Positions 10,924-22,875 are shown, counted from the stretch's first letter. The stretch: 64,000 nucleotides of DNA from an uncultured Nitrososphaeraceae archaeon (GCA_963729045.1 CAVSMN010000009.1:128001-192000), one strand, 5' to 3'. Made by a program: numbers and translations. Notes: generated from the sequence alone by a model not told the origin.

Positions 10924-12531
10924 ACACTATTGAATAATGTCTGCTTATATAAGGGTTAAATAACAAGTAACAATGTTAATGTTCTTTTATATTGTTTATC
11001 TGCAATATATGGTGCCGATCTATTCAGTTAGATAGTAAATTAATAATCATTGTACGACTGCTATTTAATTTTATTCATAATATGGATCAATTGTCAATGA
11101 TAAAATTCTTTTTTCGTGGTCCTTTATGGATCTCGATATTTAGGATTAGAAATGGGGAATAAAAAATAGAGATAGATCCTTATGGATTTAAATTCACCTA
11201 TTTTCTGGATAGGTTGTTTCTATAGTCCGTTTTGTCTATAATAGTCTATAATAGTCTATGAAAGTCAAGAAGAATCATAACCAAGATTACAGAAAACGGA
11301 CCAAAATCCTAGTCATACCTTTTAAAAAAATTAACAGATTGTAATGGCATAATAAAATATACAGTATTGATAGTATTAGCATTCTAAACAAAGATACAGA
11401 ACAGGTATCAAAATAACGAAAGTGATCGATTAATGTACGACAAATGGAGTTATTTAAAGAGCAAAAGGAATGTGATTTCTATTATCCATTTCAGTTTAGT
11501 GATAAAAACAACAAGATAATCACATCAAAAGTAATCAAATAGAAGGTATGCAACAGCAAATTGTTCATAACACCAGTCAATCAGGTTGGGCGAATTATTC
11601 CAGTAGTAAATCTATAGGTCTAATTAGTTTGGTTCATAGAAATAAACAACACAATTTCAAATTTTCAATGTCATAATCTAGATTTCAAATAAGTAAAAAT
11701 GATACTTAGAATATGATTGCTTAGCCTGTTTATGCGATTGATACTATTATAAAGTACCATTTAAGAATAATTGATGATGTATATTATATTCATCAACAAT
11801 TCATCGCTTTCTGCTTTGTAAAATAAATAAAGTTTAATACAAGAGATAAGGATCGAATACCTAGAAGGTAAATCAGATTAATGAGATAGCGGATGCGATA
11901 GAGCATAGAGGATACTTTTCAGATTTTATCCACAAGGAAGCAAGTTAAATAAGTCGGCAGTATAATAACACGATCTTTTAAGATTTGGTATTTTAAGTCA
12001 AGGAAACATCAAGACATGAATTGTCAGCTAGAATCATTTGATAAGAAAAGACACAAAGTTTTTCTAAAATGTATAGTTAAAAAGAAGAAATTACCTGGAT
12101 AATATTATTGATTAGATACACATACTGGCTTTCTATTACTAATATTTATGTATCTCGACCATGGGACCAAATAAATATCAAATGAAAGAACGTGTTTGAT
12201 TCGGTTTAGTGTTTATGATTAATCGAATTAAACTATAATAATTACGGAATACTAAATCTCTTGTCTGAGGGTTTTAGGACCATCTATTGTCTATTTCTAT
12301 TATATTTAGTGATATCAGGACCTCAATGGAACGCTTTTTGGATGTAATGAAACAATTAGACTATGTCAATCACTCTGTAAAAAGAATAATTAACTAAAAC
12401 AAATACGCGAAATAAGGCCGACTTATTGTGTTTTATTAAAACAGTAATATCAATACTTTACTTACTCAACAGAACCAATTTCGAGACATAATGCTTTTTA
12501 TAATAAGAAGCATACTAATTAGCAGAATAAC

Positions 12532-12987
12532 ATGTTTTCTAAAATTTTAGTTGGTATAGATGGATCGGAATATTCTAGAAACGCTGTTAATTATGCTTTA
12601 GATCTTGCTGTAAAAGATGGATCGGAATTATTTCTTTTAGCGATTGTTCCTTCCAAAGTTCATCATGGTGACTCATCAGGAGTATTTGGTATGGTATCTC
12701 CATCATATTTTGATGAATATAAGAAGGAAGCTGAAAAGTGGTTTGAAGAAATAATAAATCACATAAACAAAGAAACCACCATAGATACCAGTACTAAAGT
12801 CAAATCAGAAGTAATTACCACCCCATTTTCAACTCCAGCTTCAATTCTAAATTATGCAGAAGAGAGAGACGTCGACTTGATAGTAATTGGTACTAGGGGA
12901 AACTCGGGTCTTAAAAAAATGTTACTTGGTAGTGTAGCTTCTGATGTTGTTACTTATTCTTATTGTCCTGTTTTAGTGGTTAAATAA
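12532..12987 (+). CDS. Universal stress protein
   Basis: KILVGIDGS...DLIVIGTRG...LLGSVA...CPVLVVK. Confidence 0.95.
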   Translation: MFSKILVGIDGSEYSRNAVNYALDLAVKDGSELFLLAIVPSKVHHGDSSGVFGMVSPSYFDEYKKEAEKWFEEIINHINKETTIDTSTKVKSEVITTPFSTPASILNYAEERDVDLIVIGTRGNSGLKKMLLGSVASDVVTYSYCPVLVVK

Positions 12988-13111
12988 AATCTATTTTACC
13001 TTTTATAGGAATTATACAGGCAATAGTATAAACAAGATTAATAGTATCTATAGATATTAAGATCAAAATATTTTATTGAGAACGATACATATGAAGGATT
13101 TACTTATCAAA

Positions 13112-13636
13112 TCAAATCAATTCATCTTGATGTAATTTATCTAATAATGGTCTCAAATTAATGCCAATCTCTTTTTCCCCTAAAATTATGTTGGAACCGA
13201 GACCCAAAACTATAGACAACATATTCCTATCTTCCCTAGCAGTGTAAATTGAACTTCCAAATATTTTGAATTCAATATGATTGTCATGTATCCATTGCTT
13301 CCATTTTCTTGTTCTTTGAGCATTTTGTTCTAATGAGTTTATCACATAATCCAAATCAATTCCCTCTTCATTATCAAGTAATTGAAGCTTAACCATAGGG
13401 AGCATGACATTGCCACCTTTCACTGATTGTTTTTCTTTATTCATTTGTTCTATGATTTTATCTTCAACTTCATGAGCGTCTTGTGACTCATCCTTATCCT
13501 TATAATTGTCTACATCAATGTCATAATTTGGAAAAAAATAGCCTGTCAAATTTTTATCCCAATCGTATATTTTGTACACTGTATCAATGTATTCTAATTT
13601 CCACAGTGGATTGTCTCTATTTCCCCTTCCAAACAT
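13112..13636 (-). CDS. Hypothetical protein
   Basis: 174-aa ORF with ATG start and protein-like composition. Confidence 0.65.
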   Translation of the reverse strand: MFGRGNRDNPLWKLEYIDTVYKIYDWDKNLTGYFFPNYDIDVDNYKDKDESQDAHEVEDKIIEQMNKEKQSVKGGNVMLPMVKLQLLDNEEGIDLDYVINSLEQNAQRTRKWKQWIHDNHIEFKIFGSSIYTAREDRNMLSIVLGLGSNIILGEKEIGINLRPLLDKLHQDELI

Positions 13637-13886
13637 AATAAGACAAAGTGTGAGTTGATATTTTTATGTTGATAAAATAGTATAATCATTATTTCTAAAG
13701 ATTTTTTGATATGAAAATGAGGCAAACCCTTTATTGATTTCTAATACTTCTTGTATTGGATGATATTAAAAATGTGAAAATCCAGAGATCTGGTTCAAGC
13801 AGAATAACATTTGATTTTACTTTTAGGTAAACTGCAGTTGTCTGGTTCTTGTATAAATTCTAAATCATAAAAAAATTGGTTTTGTT

Positions 13887-14114
13887 TTAGACTTTGTATG
13901 ACTGTAGTTCGCTTAAACTGATTTTTAAAAATACTTCAGCGCCATTGTATCCCTCGACTTTATCTTTTGGTAAACTATACTCCTTGCGATCTCCCTGAGA
14001 CGTAATTATTACTGAATCGTCATTTACAGCATCTACATTCCCTGCATCTTCAAAGTCTTTTGATCTCACATTTTTATGTATAATACTTTCCCAATCTTGT
14101 ATCGAATCTGCCAT
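13887..14114 (-). CDS. Small hypothetical protein, PRC-barrel-like
   Basis: IHKNVRSKD...GNVDAV...YSLPK..VEGYNG.EV pattern. Confidence 0.65.
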   Translation of the reverse strand: MADSIQDWESIIHKNVRSKDFEDAGNVDAVNDDSVIITSQGDRKEYSLPKDKVEGYNGAEVFLKISLSELQSYKV

Positions 14115-14265
14115 ATTAATTCAACGTATAGTCATTGACGAATTATTTAAGCATTTATTTAATAGTTGTATGAAAAAAGTATTTTGTAATATTTGTGTAA
14201 TAGAACATTTCTTAAGCAAGAGTATAATCCATTAAGGTTAAATTCTTAATACTTGGATAAATTTT

Positions 14266-15726
14266 ATGGTCAGAAGTATCCCTGAGTCGGAGCGCATCTT
14301 GGTCTTTTAAGGTGGTGGGTCGCTTGGAGCTTACGAAGCAGGAGCGTACAAAGGGATTTATGAGCTGTTGAAAAAAAAAGATAACAGTAAGTCAATTTAC
14401 AACAAATCTACATTTGACATAATCGCTGGTTCCTCGATAGGTGCGATTAATGCAACCATACTAACAAGTCATGTAATTGAGACTGGTTCATATGATGGTT
14501 CAGCGGAAAAATTAATTGATTTTTGGCACTATCTTTCTAAGGAATCGATGGTCGAAAAAAATCCTTTTTTCGAAGAATGGTGGGATTTTTGGCATTCAAT
14601 TTATAGCCATGTTGCGTCAGGAGAAGCTGCCAGAAGGTACTACTCGTCCAAGGAATTTTCGCTATTTGGCGTACCCAACGTGTTCACTCCCATGACACCA
14701 CAATCTGACACAAAGTTTTTTGATATCCAGAATACATGGTATAGATTTGACATCAAGCCTTTAAAGCGAAGCTTGGAGCGATTTGCAAAGTTTCCAATAG
14801 CGACGGAATGGGAAGACGGACAACCAAGGCTCTTGTTAATATCGGTTGATGTCGCTACCTCTTATCAGGCTGTTTTTGATAGTTATAAACGAAAAGACGG
14901 CACCAGATGTTCTGAATATGGTAGGCATATAAGAAAGCATGATGGCACAACGGGATTTGAATATGTTATCCATTATGACGAGGGCATCACGTCCGATCAT
15001 GTCATTGCTAGTGCAGCATTCCCAGTTAACTTTGATTATGTGAATTTGAATGTTCAAAAATATGATGTTTCTCAAGGCAATCAGATAATCTCTAATGAAA
15101 CAAAGATTGACAAATTAGAATCTAATGAGTATAAAATTCAGCAGAGAAAATTCTGGGATGGCGGCTTGATGAATAATACTCCTTTGATGAGCGCCATCCA
15201 GAAACACAGAGACTATTGGTATTATACAAGAGGTATAGTAAATAATATTCCCTCCTTAGGGATAGCTATAGTAAATCTGCATCCGTCTGCACAAGAGGAG
15301 ATCCCCATTGATCATGACGGGGTACTAAATAGAAACAACGATATAACTTTCTCAGACAGATCGATTACAGAGGAGGGGTATCTATTACTTATTTCAGACT
15401 ATGTAGATTTAGTTAAACAGTTTATAGATTTGTTGATTGAAACAGGGATAAAAAAAGAAAAAATAGATTCTATTTTGGATAGCAAAGTAAGACCTCACGG
15501 TATGTTTTCTAAGATAAGAACATACAGAAATATTGTGGAAGGCCGATTCAATATAACAGATGTAATCAGAATAGAAAGAAAGAATGATGAGGATACAATT
15601 TCAAATAAAACATACGATTTCTCTTCTAAGACAATAAACGAATTATTGAAACAAGGTTATTTGGATTCGATTGAATATGCTAAGAAAAATCAACAGGACA
15701 AGAATAAAGACGATATAAGCAAGTAA
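14266..15726 (+). pseudogene. Patatin-like phospholipase with an in-frame TAA at codon 15
   Basis: ATG 14266 ...LVF*GGGSLGAYEAG; nucleophile GSSIG; DGG motif; TAA at 14308-14310. Confidence 0.85.
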
Positions 15727-16163
15727 GAGGTACAATTTGGAAATATTGCTTCTAATTTTCAGTCATTCAAGTCGAAGGTTTTGATTTTGTAAAAAGAACA
15801 TTCAGCTTATCTCCTTCTTTAGGAAAGTAACCTATATAGTTACTACAAATAATCCCTGGTCTTCCTTCTAAGGTGGCTGTAAGATTTACTACCACAGTCA
15901 AGCTATTCACCAAATTCCATCTTCAATCATTTATGTATTCATGACGACCTCTCAAGATGTTGACCTGCCGGATGGAGTTTCGAAGGATAATTCAATTATG
16001 TCAAACATCATCAAACTAAGTGCAGTCAGCCAGAAAACATGTACAAGCCGTAATCAATATACCTCGAAGATACCATCTTATTATCGGACAGACTAGAAAC
16101 AGAACAGCATCTGGCTTGTTACTCCATAGTTAAGATCATCTTTTTAAATTACTAAAGATAAAT

Positions 16164-16907
16164 ATGTGGATGTTTCAAGTCTCTGCTGGAAATCAAACTT
16201 TCAACCTAGGACTCATAGTTGTTGATATGCAAAACGGGTTTGTAAGCAAAGGAGGATCTTATGATCTTTTAGGAATGAATACACAGGAATATCAAAAGAT
16301 TATCCCCAAAACCAAGGAGCTGATTGCCTTTTGTAGAAGTAAGGACATACCAATATTTTATACAGAAGCTGTTAGAGAATCAAGTGGTATCGATCTGTTA
16401 ACTCGAGTTCATAGGTTGTTACCTTTAGCAAGAGAGGAACGACTCAAAGTTCCTATAACTGTAAGAGGCACATGGGATGCTCAAACAATAGACGAAATCA
16501 AGCCCACAGAAAATGATCATATTGTCATCAAGAGAAGAGATGGCGCATTTCAAGATACAGAATTAAGGGTTTGGCTTCAAAGTGAAGGGATCAATACATT
16601 GATCTTTTGTGGAGTAGATACTTCTATATGTGTTGAAACTTCATTACGAGAAGCATTCAATAGTGGATATGACGTAATTATCGTATCTGACGCAACTGCT
16701 TCTGGAATTCATAAGCACTATGAAACAACACTAGAAAGGGTACGAGATTATTACGGTTTGGTAGTCGATGTAGAGCGTTTCTATAAAATGATATCCTCTC
16801 TGGAAAATATTAAATCTGGCCAAATTAGCGCTAGCCAATTATCAGATGCATATGGTAAATTTCTTAAAGAATTCAGTTTACTTGATATCAGAAAAGAAGA
16901 AAATTAA
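16164..16907 (+). CDS. Isochorismatase-superfamily cysteine hydrolase (RutB-like amidohydrolase)
   Basis: D-K-C triad: VVDMQNGF, IKRR, GVDTSICVETSLREA. Confidence 0.9.
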   Translation: MWMFQVSAGNQTFNLGLIVVDMQNGFVSKGGSYDLLGMNTQEYQKIIPKTKELIAFCRSKDIPIFYTEAVRESSGIDLLTRVHRLLPLAREERLKVPITVRGTWDAQTIDEIKPTENDHIVIKRRDGAFQDTELRVWLQSEGINTLIFCGVDTSICVETSLREAFNSGYDVIIVSDATASGIHKHYETTLERVRDYYGLVVDVERFYKMISSLENIKSGQISASQLSDAYGKFLKEFSLLDIRKEEN

Positions 16908-17771
16908 TGCACAAAGTAATTTTAATAGGATTTAGATTTCCATGAGTGAGTAAATGAGATTAGGGAAGGACGAAATTAATAGTAAAATGGTATTTTCTTC
17001 TATCATGAGCGGGTTCACTTTGATGGATAAATAACTATAACTATTTCAAAACATCGCCAAATAATTTTACTGTCTTTGGAAGATTTTTAAGAGCGCTCCC
17101 TAGTTATTTCCCCTTACTGTACACAGTCCTTCTGATATTACTAGAATCTTCTCAGGTTAAAGACCAATCTTGATACTTCTTTTCCCTTTTCTGCGAAATA
17201 ATTACATTCCTGGTCAATGCTTTTTTCTGGTAGAAATTAATATAGTTAAAGAAAAATTTTAGACATTCTTTCTAATATTCTTTCTAAAGTCAGTTACTGG
17301 CTTACCATTTATCGTTACATTCATCTTTTTATTACTCAACCTATTCCGCATCATATATTCAAGAAATCTTGGAACTAACAATTTCACTACCATGTAAAAG
17401 ACGATAATTTAGAATTCAAAATGAATAAAAAAATGGAGTTTTAGGCGATTGTCTTTCTAAAGAGGTGTAGGGCCTAAAAGCGAGGTGTAGGGCCTGATGA
17501 ATTGGTTTCATCAGTGTTACATCTACTTAGCGCATCCTGTTGTGCTTGACTAACCCGGGTTGGGTGTTTTACAATAGATTATCAACCTCAGCCAATACCA
17601 CCTTTCCGTCATGAGCAGTCATATTTTCATCTGTCAGCACGTTCCATATCCCAGTCATATTAGTTACTGGACCGTTAACTCCACCTATGTATTCAATGTC
17701 AGTAATCCTTTTTCATCATGGTCGGCAAATATCTTATCGATATTCTTATATACTTTTTAAAGAATCGTGCA

Positions 17772-18469
17772 ATGATGAAAATCTTTTTAGTTTTTGCTTC
17801 AATCCTTACTGCCATGTTATTAGTAACGATATATAGCGGTGACAACTGGATTGATCAACTACAACTTTGGCCCAAACAAATGACATGGAAGTTAACAACA
17901 CCAATTCGCCTGCTTCTTCTGAAAAAATGTCTATTGTTTCTGCTGCTAGTCCGGGCCAGACTATCTTTTATAGAGGGATAGAGGCATCCAAAGAGCCGGT
18001 TCATTTAAATTTTCCACAACAAGATAGACAACAACAGACTTTAAACATATTGCCACATCGAGATGATGGCGCTTCATTTAAAGGGGTTCTGACATTTACA
18101 GCAACTGAGCCAGTGGATATAGGAATTGGACATAGAGTGCCTTTGGATAATTCTACTTTTTCACAAATTGAATCAGAGGAACTTGATGAATTGTTTACTG
18201 TAAGACACAATGACAAAGGAGAATTAGGAGTACCTGGCATCGTAAGTGCTCCCTCTAGGATTACACCTGACTATGGAATTAATCCTCCCTATTTCTCCGC
18301 CTCAATTCCTTTTGTTGGTAGTTCTCTATTCCTTAGCACAATGCCTGGCGAGTACGAGCCGTTCGTTGCTGTTTATGAAGTGTCTGCGGAGATCATACAG
18401 CTTCAGGATATTGTTGACTTGGATGGCCTTAATGTTGGTACAAACACAACTGTCACAGCCTTACCATAA
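17772..18469 (+). CDS. Secreted hypothetical protein, frameshifted just after the signal peptide (~17860)
   Basis: Signal peptide MMKIFLVFASILTAMLL in one frame, mature LAQTNDME... in another. Confidence 0.6.
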
Positions 18470-19125
18470 TTTTTTTTACTTTCTAATCATTGTTAGACAT
18501 AATTTATCTTCAATTACAAATTCTTTAAAATATCACCTTATTTGTAGTTCTTCTCTTAGTTAATAATTGGTAAAAATTAGTTGGATGAGTCCAAATGTTT
18601 AATTTATTTTTTAGATTTATTAAGTAATGTATTTGAGTAGAATTATTGGTATGGCAAGTTTTGTATGATTTCAGAATTTTACCTAAATTATGATGAAACT
18701 ATATAAAGTAATATTCAAAAAGTTTGGATTGTTATTGAAAAACTATTCGAATGATATGGATCATTATTATTTACAATTGGGAATTAAAGATCCAGAAAAA
18801 CCTTTCTCCTTTGAATAGTGAAACCTATATTGCATTCAACTGTTCCTATTTAATAGATCCTAAAATCAAAAGATATTCTCCGTCTGACTGGTCTGGCGAA
18901 GTTTTGTTCTATAAATAATTGTTTACGGATTTATACAGGCTTTCCATGCTTGATCTGCTGCCTGATGTATTTTCCAAGATATGGAATTTCACAAGTTTTG
19001 AGCCTATCGAAATATGCTCAATATTAGTACAAACGGCTTTCAGAATTGATAAAATCTTTTTTTAGTTATAGCCATCCCTCAACGTCATTGATCAATTATA
19101 CGAGTTACTAAGATCAAAAAGAACA

Positions 19126-21291
19126 TCAATCAGTATTTTCAAATACCATTACGTAAAATGGTGAACTACTCGAATTTGAAGTAACTAGAGAGAGGTATTC
19201 ATCACATGTATTGATCCGATTGAGTTGAGTATCGTGGACGAGTTGTATCAAAGTTTCTACCTTTAAGGGCCTCATATTTATGGAATGGGTTTTTTGTTGT
19301 TTTTTAAATGAAATGTCGAGTATGGCGTTATTTTTCTTTGTAGTAATTTTTTCAATTTTCATAGTATTAGATCCAAAAAAGGACTCGTTAAAGCTTGGAG
19401 CAGTACGTTTCCTATTGTTTTTTGGTGATGTAGCAAAGAGATTGAGCAAATCGAGAATTAACCATCCACCAGGCTTGAGAATCAATTTCAGATTTTCTAT
19501 ATATTGTTGTATTTGCTCATCGCTTTCAGCGCAGGATATTCTACTTCCCAATCCAATTATAATATCGAATTTTTTAGCCAATGGTTCAAACTTGTTAGCC
19601 AATTGTAGCCAACTTAGATTAAGTAAATCAAATGGGTTGTTTGATCTCTTTCTTGTAATTTCGTAAATATGTGGTTCTGGCTCATTATATAAAATGTTAG
19701 TAATCCCTTTTTCATATAAGAGCCAACATAGTGATCCAAACCTACCAGCTGAATCAAGAATACAAATGTCTGAAGTATTATGAATCCCTTTTTCATGTAT
19801 ATATTTATCACAGATATTTGATACTACTTCATCTATTTTCGAGTGATAGGATATATCTAAAAGTTCGGGCACCCATGCATCTACAAAATCACTCTTAAAA
19901 ATGGATTTTGGTCGTCGGTTGATCATTTCATCATAATAATTCATATCAATTTTGGTTGCTTTTCCTTCATTGGCTAGTCCTTTTAGTGCATTCATATATT
20001 GAACACAATTATTGTAATATTTTTGATTGTTCTTAGTATCGGTAAAATATATACTTCGCTTACATATCTCTTCAGTCGGTGTAGCATGCAATTTTCCAAA
20101 CTCTAGAATAAACTTATCATACCATATTCCAGTATCATATAAATCCCCATCCCTAACTAAATCATTTTCCTTTCGTTTGTCTAATGCGAGTTTTGGATCA
20201 ACTAGTATTAAGTTAACATTATTATTTTGGTGCCATTTGATAATATCTTTCGTTTTTAATGGTTCACTCCAGATATCACTTTCCAATCTATACTTCTTCT
20301 GAATTAAAAACCTGAAATTGTCTTTCTTCTCCTCATCATTTAACTTTTCTCGTCCTCTCTTTTGCTCTGCTAGATAAGACTTGTCTATTTCTTCGAAGAA
20401 GGACAATGGCCATACAGTTGAACCGTCATATTTTCTACCCTTTTCAAAGAAATACTTGTATAGAATTTTTACCCTTTCCTCTGACATAACACCACCTTTT
20501 TTTGAAATTTCATAGAGGCTTTTTCCCTCATCTAGCAATATTTCCTTTAGATATTCTTTAAGAGGTTCCTGAATTGCACTATGCGTAGAACTCAAATCAT
20601 TATCCAATACAAAGGGATCAAATGCCTTGTCAATCAAAGACCGTTTGTCCAAAGGCTCTAATTCAGTTCCGAATTGATAATTTCCAAAGTTTCCATGAAA
20701 GGAATAAACAGGAATAGGTCCTTTCCATTTGATTTCTCGCAAATAGGGTGTAAATAGGTTTTTGCCATCGGATTCTTCATAGTTTGTCAATACATCTTTT
20801 CCCTCTGCTGATGGAATTTGATTTCTCGCTGCTGGGGTAAATATTATGTGTCCTCGATCTCCCAAATCCATCATTCTAGCCGACAGAATCAGTTCGTGAG
20901 ACCAAAGATCCACTTTATTAGTAAATGGATTAGAGAATGAAATGGCTTTTCCATACCCAATGCCGGCGCGTACAAATATTTTCATTTTATCATCTGTGAT
21001 TCCACTATTGTCTAGATCCAAATTATTAGAAATTCTTATGGCTAGATCTATTGCACACTCAAGTTTAGTAAAAGCTATTACAACTCCATCTCCAGTAAAA
21101 TTCTTATATGTTATAATATCTGACTTGTATTTTGTTTTCAATGCATTTGATTCTTCATTTAGTATTTCCATTAACTTTTTAATTTTTACTAATTGACTGC
21201 TTGGAGGTAGTGAAGGGTCTGACGATTTATACATATCAATATAGAGAAAACTATAAACATTATTTTGATCAACATTGGATTCAACTGACAC
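19126..21291 (-). CDS. Class III nucleotidyl cyclase-like domain + middle domain + class I SAM methyltransferase-like domain
   Basis: FLYIDMYKSS, FTGDGVVIAF, VRAGIGYG, DLW...SARMMDLGDRGHI (cyclase); ILDSAGRFG, FDIIIGLG, LKPGGWLILD (MTase); intact 721-aa ORF. Confidence 0.8.
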   Translation of the reverse strand: MSVESNVDQNNVYSFLYIDMYKSSDPSLPPSSQLVKIKKLMEILNEESNALKTKYKSDIITYKNFTGDGVVIAFTKLECAIDLAIRISNNLDLDNSGITDDKMKIFVRAGIGYGKAISFSNPFTNKVDLWSHELILSARMMDLGDRGHIIFTPAARNQIPSAEGKDVLTNYEESDGKNLFTPYLREIKWKGPIPVYSFHGNFGNYQFGTELEPLDKRSLIDKAFDPFVLDNDLSSTHSAIQEPLKEYLKEILLDEGKSLYEISKKGGVMSEERVKILYKYFFEKGRKYDGSTVWPLSFFEEIDKSYLAEQKRGREKLNDEEKKDNFRFLIQKKYRLESDIWSEPLKTKDIIKWHQNNNVNLILVDPKLALDKRKENDLVRDGDLYDTGIWYDKFILEFGKLHATPTEEICKRSIYFTDTKNNQKYYNNCVQYMNALKGLANEGKATKIDMNYYDEMINRRPKSIFKSDFVDAWVPELLDISYHSKIDEVVSNICDKYIHEKGIHNTSDICILDSAGRFGSLCWLLYEKGITNILYNEPEPHIYEITRKRSNNPFDLLNLSWLQLANKFEPLAKKFDIIIGLGSRISCAESDEQIQQYIENLKLILKPGGWLILDLLNLFATSPKNNRKRTAPSFNESFFGSNTMKIEKITTKKNNAILDISFKKQQKTHSINMRPLKVETLIQLVHDTQLNRINTCDEYLSLVTSNSSSSPFYVMVFENTD

Positions 21292-21329
21292 AATATCCGA
21301 AGAATTATCGTATTATAAAAATAATTTGA

Positions 21330-21590
21330 TGTTAACCAAAAGGTAGTATTCAGAGTTTTTCCATCACTAACGTAATTTACTGCTAATATGCTTGCATAAT
21401 CAGACCCCAAATGAGTAATTGCATTGCCATAAGTTTGAACCAAATCACTCCTCTGATTACTAATTTCCTTGTCAGAGATTAAAGATTCATCAAATGCAGG
21501 AGACACAGCAAAAGTTTGGGAAAATAATGTGGAAGAAATATCGCGAATAACAATACTAATACTATTGATAATAATACGGCTGTAAATACA
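21330..21590 (-). pseudogene. N-terminal fragment of an exported protein
   Basis: Hydrophobic leader, then (after a frame change) FAVSPAFDE...ILAVNYVSDGKTLNTTFWL; plausible coding sense ends just upstream of the cyclase gene. Confidence 0.45.
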
Positions 21591-22363
21591 ATATCAAAGG
21601 AGAAGAATACCGGAAAGTGTTTTTTCATAATTTGCAAATCCTGCAAGTAAATTGCTACACATTGAAAATTGAATCACATGTAAATAAGGCTTTATCACAC
21701 TGCAAATGAAACTAACTAAAGGCAGACATATTTCAAGAAAATTAGATTTGAAACACTTACTGTCATCTTTATCCTTTTCCACCCATTTCATCGATTCGCT
21801 AGTTTTTGGTAATTCTTTACTGTTAAAGAGATTTAGAACTTAGAAGTATATGTATAAAAAAAGTTTGAATGAATAACAAATACTAATCTACTATTGACAA
21901 CATCCTGAATCTCGTGCTATTTGATTTGACCTGTTGCCTTGCATAGACAATATTTGATGTACATGAAATAATACGAATAGTAAATATTAGAGTTTATGAA
22001 GACAATTCTGCAATATTTCGTAGTATCTTCTTTCCTTAAAAGAACACGAACTTGATAGGCTAAAAATACAAGAATAAATCAAACGAAGGCTTGGGATTAG
22101 ACAATCTTTGTTGTTACATAATTTAGAATATTGGAAATAATTAATCCTAAAGAATATATCTTGAATTTCTAAATCATGCGATTTTGGTAATAAGGGATTT
22201 TACTTCTTAAGTTAACAGTTGTGTAGATGATAAGATATATCCATCTGTAAAATGATTATGCTTGTTTAGGTATGACACCGCAACACATTTCAGCTAATCA
22301 TCCCGGATTATCATTACTATGAGGGATACATTCTATCAGAACTATTCCCAAATGAATTAGCCT

Positions 22364-22875
22364 TTATTGTAACCCATGATACTCAATCTTTTTCTTTAGG
22401 ATTAATGATTTCATTTTGTCTAGTTCAATTTGCAAAGTTCGTAATTCTTTTTTCTTATGTTCAACATAATCATAGACTTGGTGAATAGAAATTCCAAGTC
22501 CCAATGCGAATCTATGAATTTCATGTATTTCTTTAACAAAATCCGAAAAAGTTTGGTTTGTTTTGAAGGAATGAATATCTATTTCCGTGAGTAATCTTTC
22601 CATCTCTCTCTCTCTGAAGATCCCATTTGTTCTAAAAAATTTTTTATCCTGATACCTGATGCCACGTCATTTAGACTCAAGCCTTCTTGTTTTATCCTTA
22701 CAGCAACTGCTCTTAACACATCCAAGTCTGGAATATCGGATTTAAATGACTCGATGATTCTAAATACACTACCATAACCTATTCCATTGCAGGTAGCGAT
22801 CATATTAGTCGGTATGCCAAAAAGCCACTGGTCAAGAACCTTGTTTTTAATTTCATTAGGAATTCTTTTTCCCAA
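22364..22875 (-). CDS. HTH + coiled-coil protein split by a 2-nt shift in an (AG)n run
   Basis: N-terminal HTH (NMIATCNGIGYGSVFRII); removing one AG at 22603-22615 fuses ORFs 22579..22875 and 22364..22603. Confidence 0.65.

Noticed and set aside
14308..14310. Selenocysteine or pyrrolysine recoding in the patatin
   Set aside because: The stop is TAA, not TGA/TAG, at a non-catalytic position.
15730..16160. Riboswitch upstream of the cysteine hydrolase
   Set aside because: No guanidine or other riboswitch consensus recognisable by eye; an Rfam search would be needed.
19126..21291. Canonical Pycsar or CBASS operon
   Set aside because: No adjacent cNMP-binding TIR/TM effector; the patatin is over 3 kb away, convergent and interrupted.
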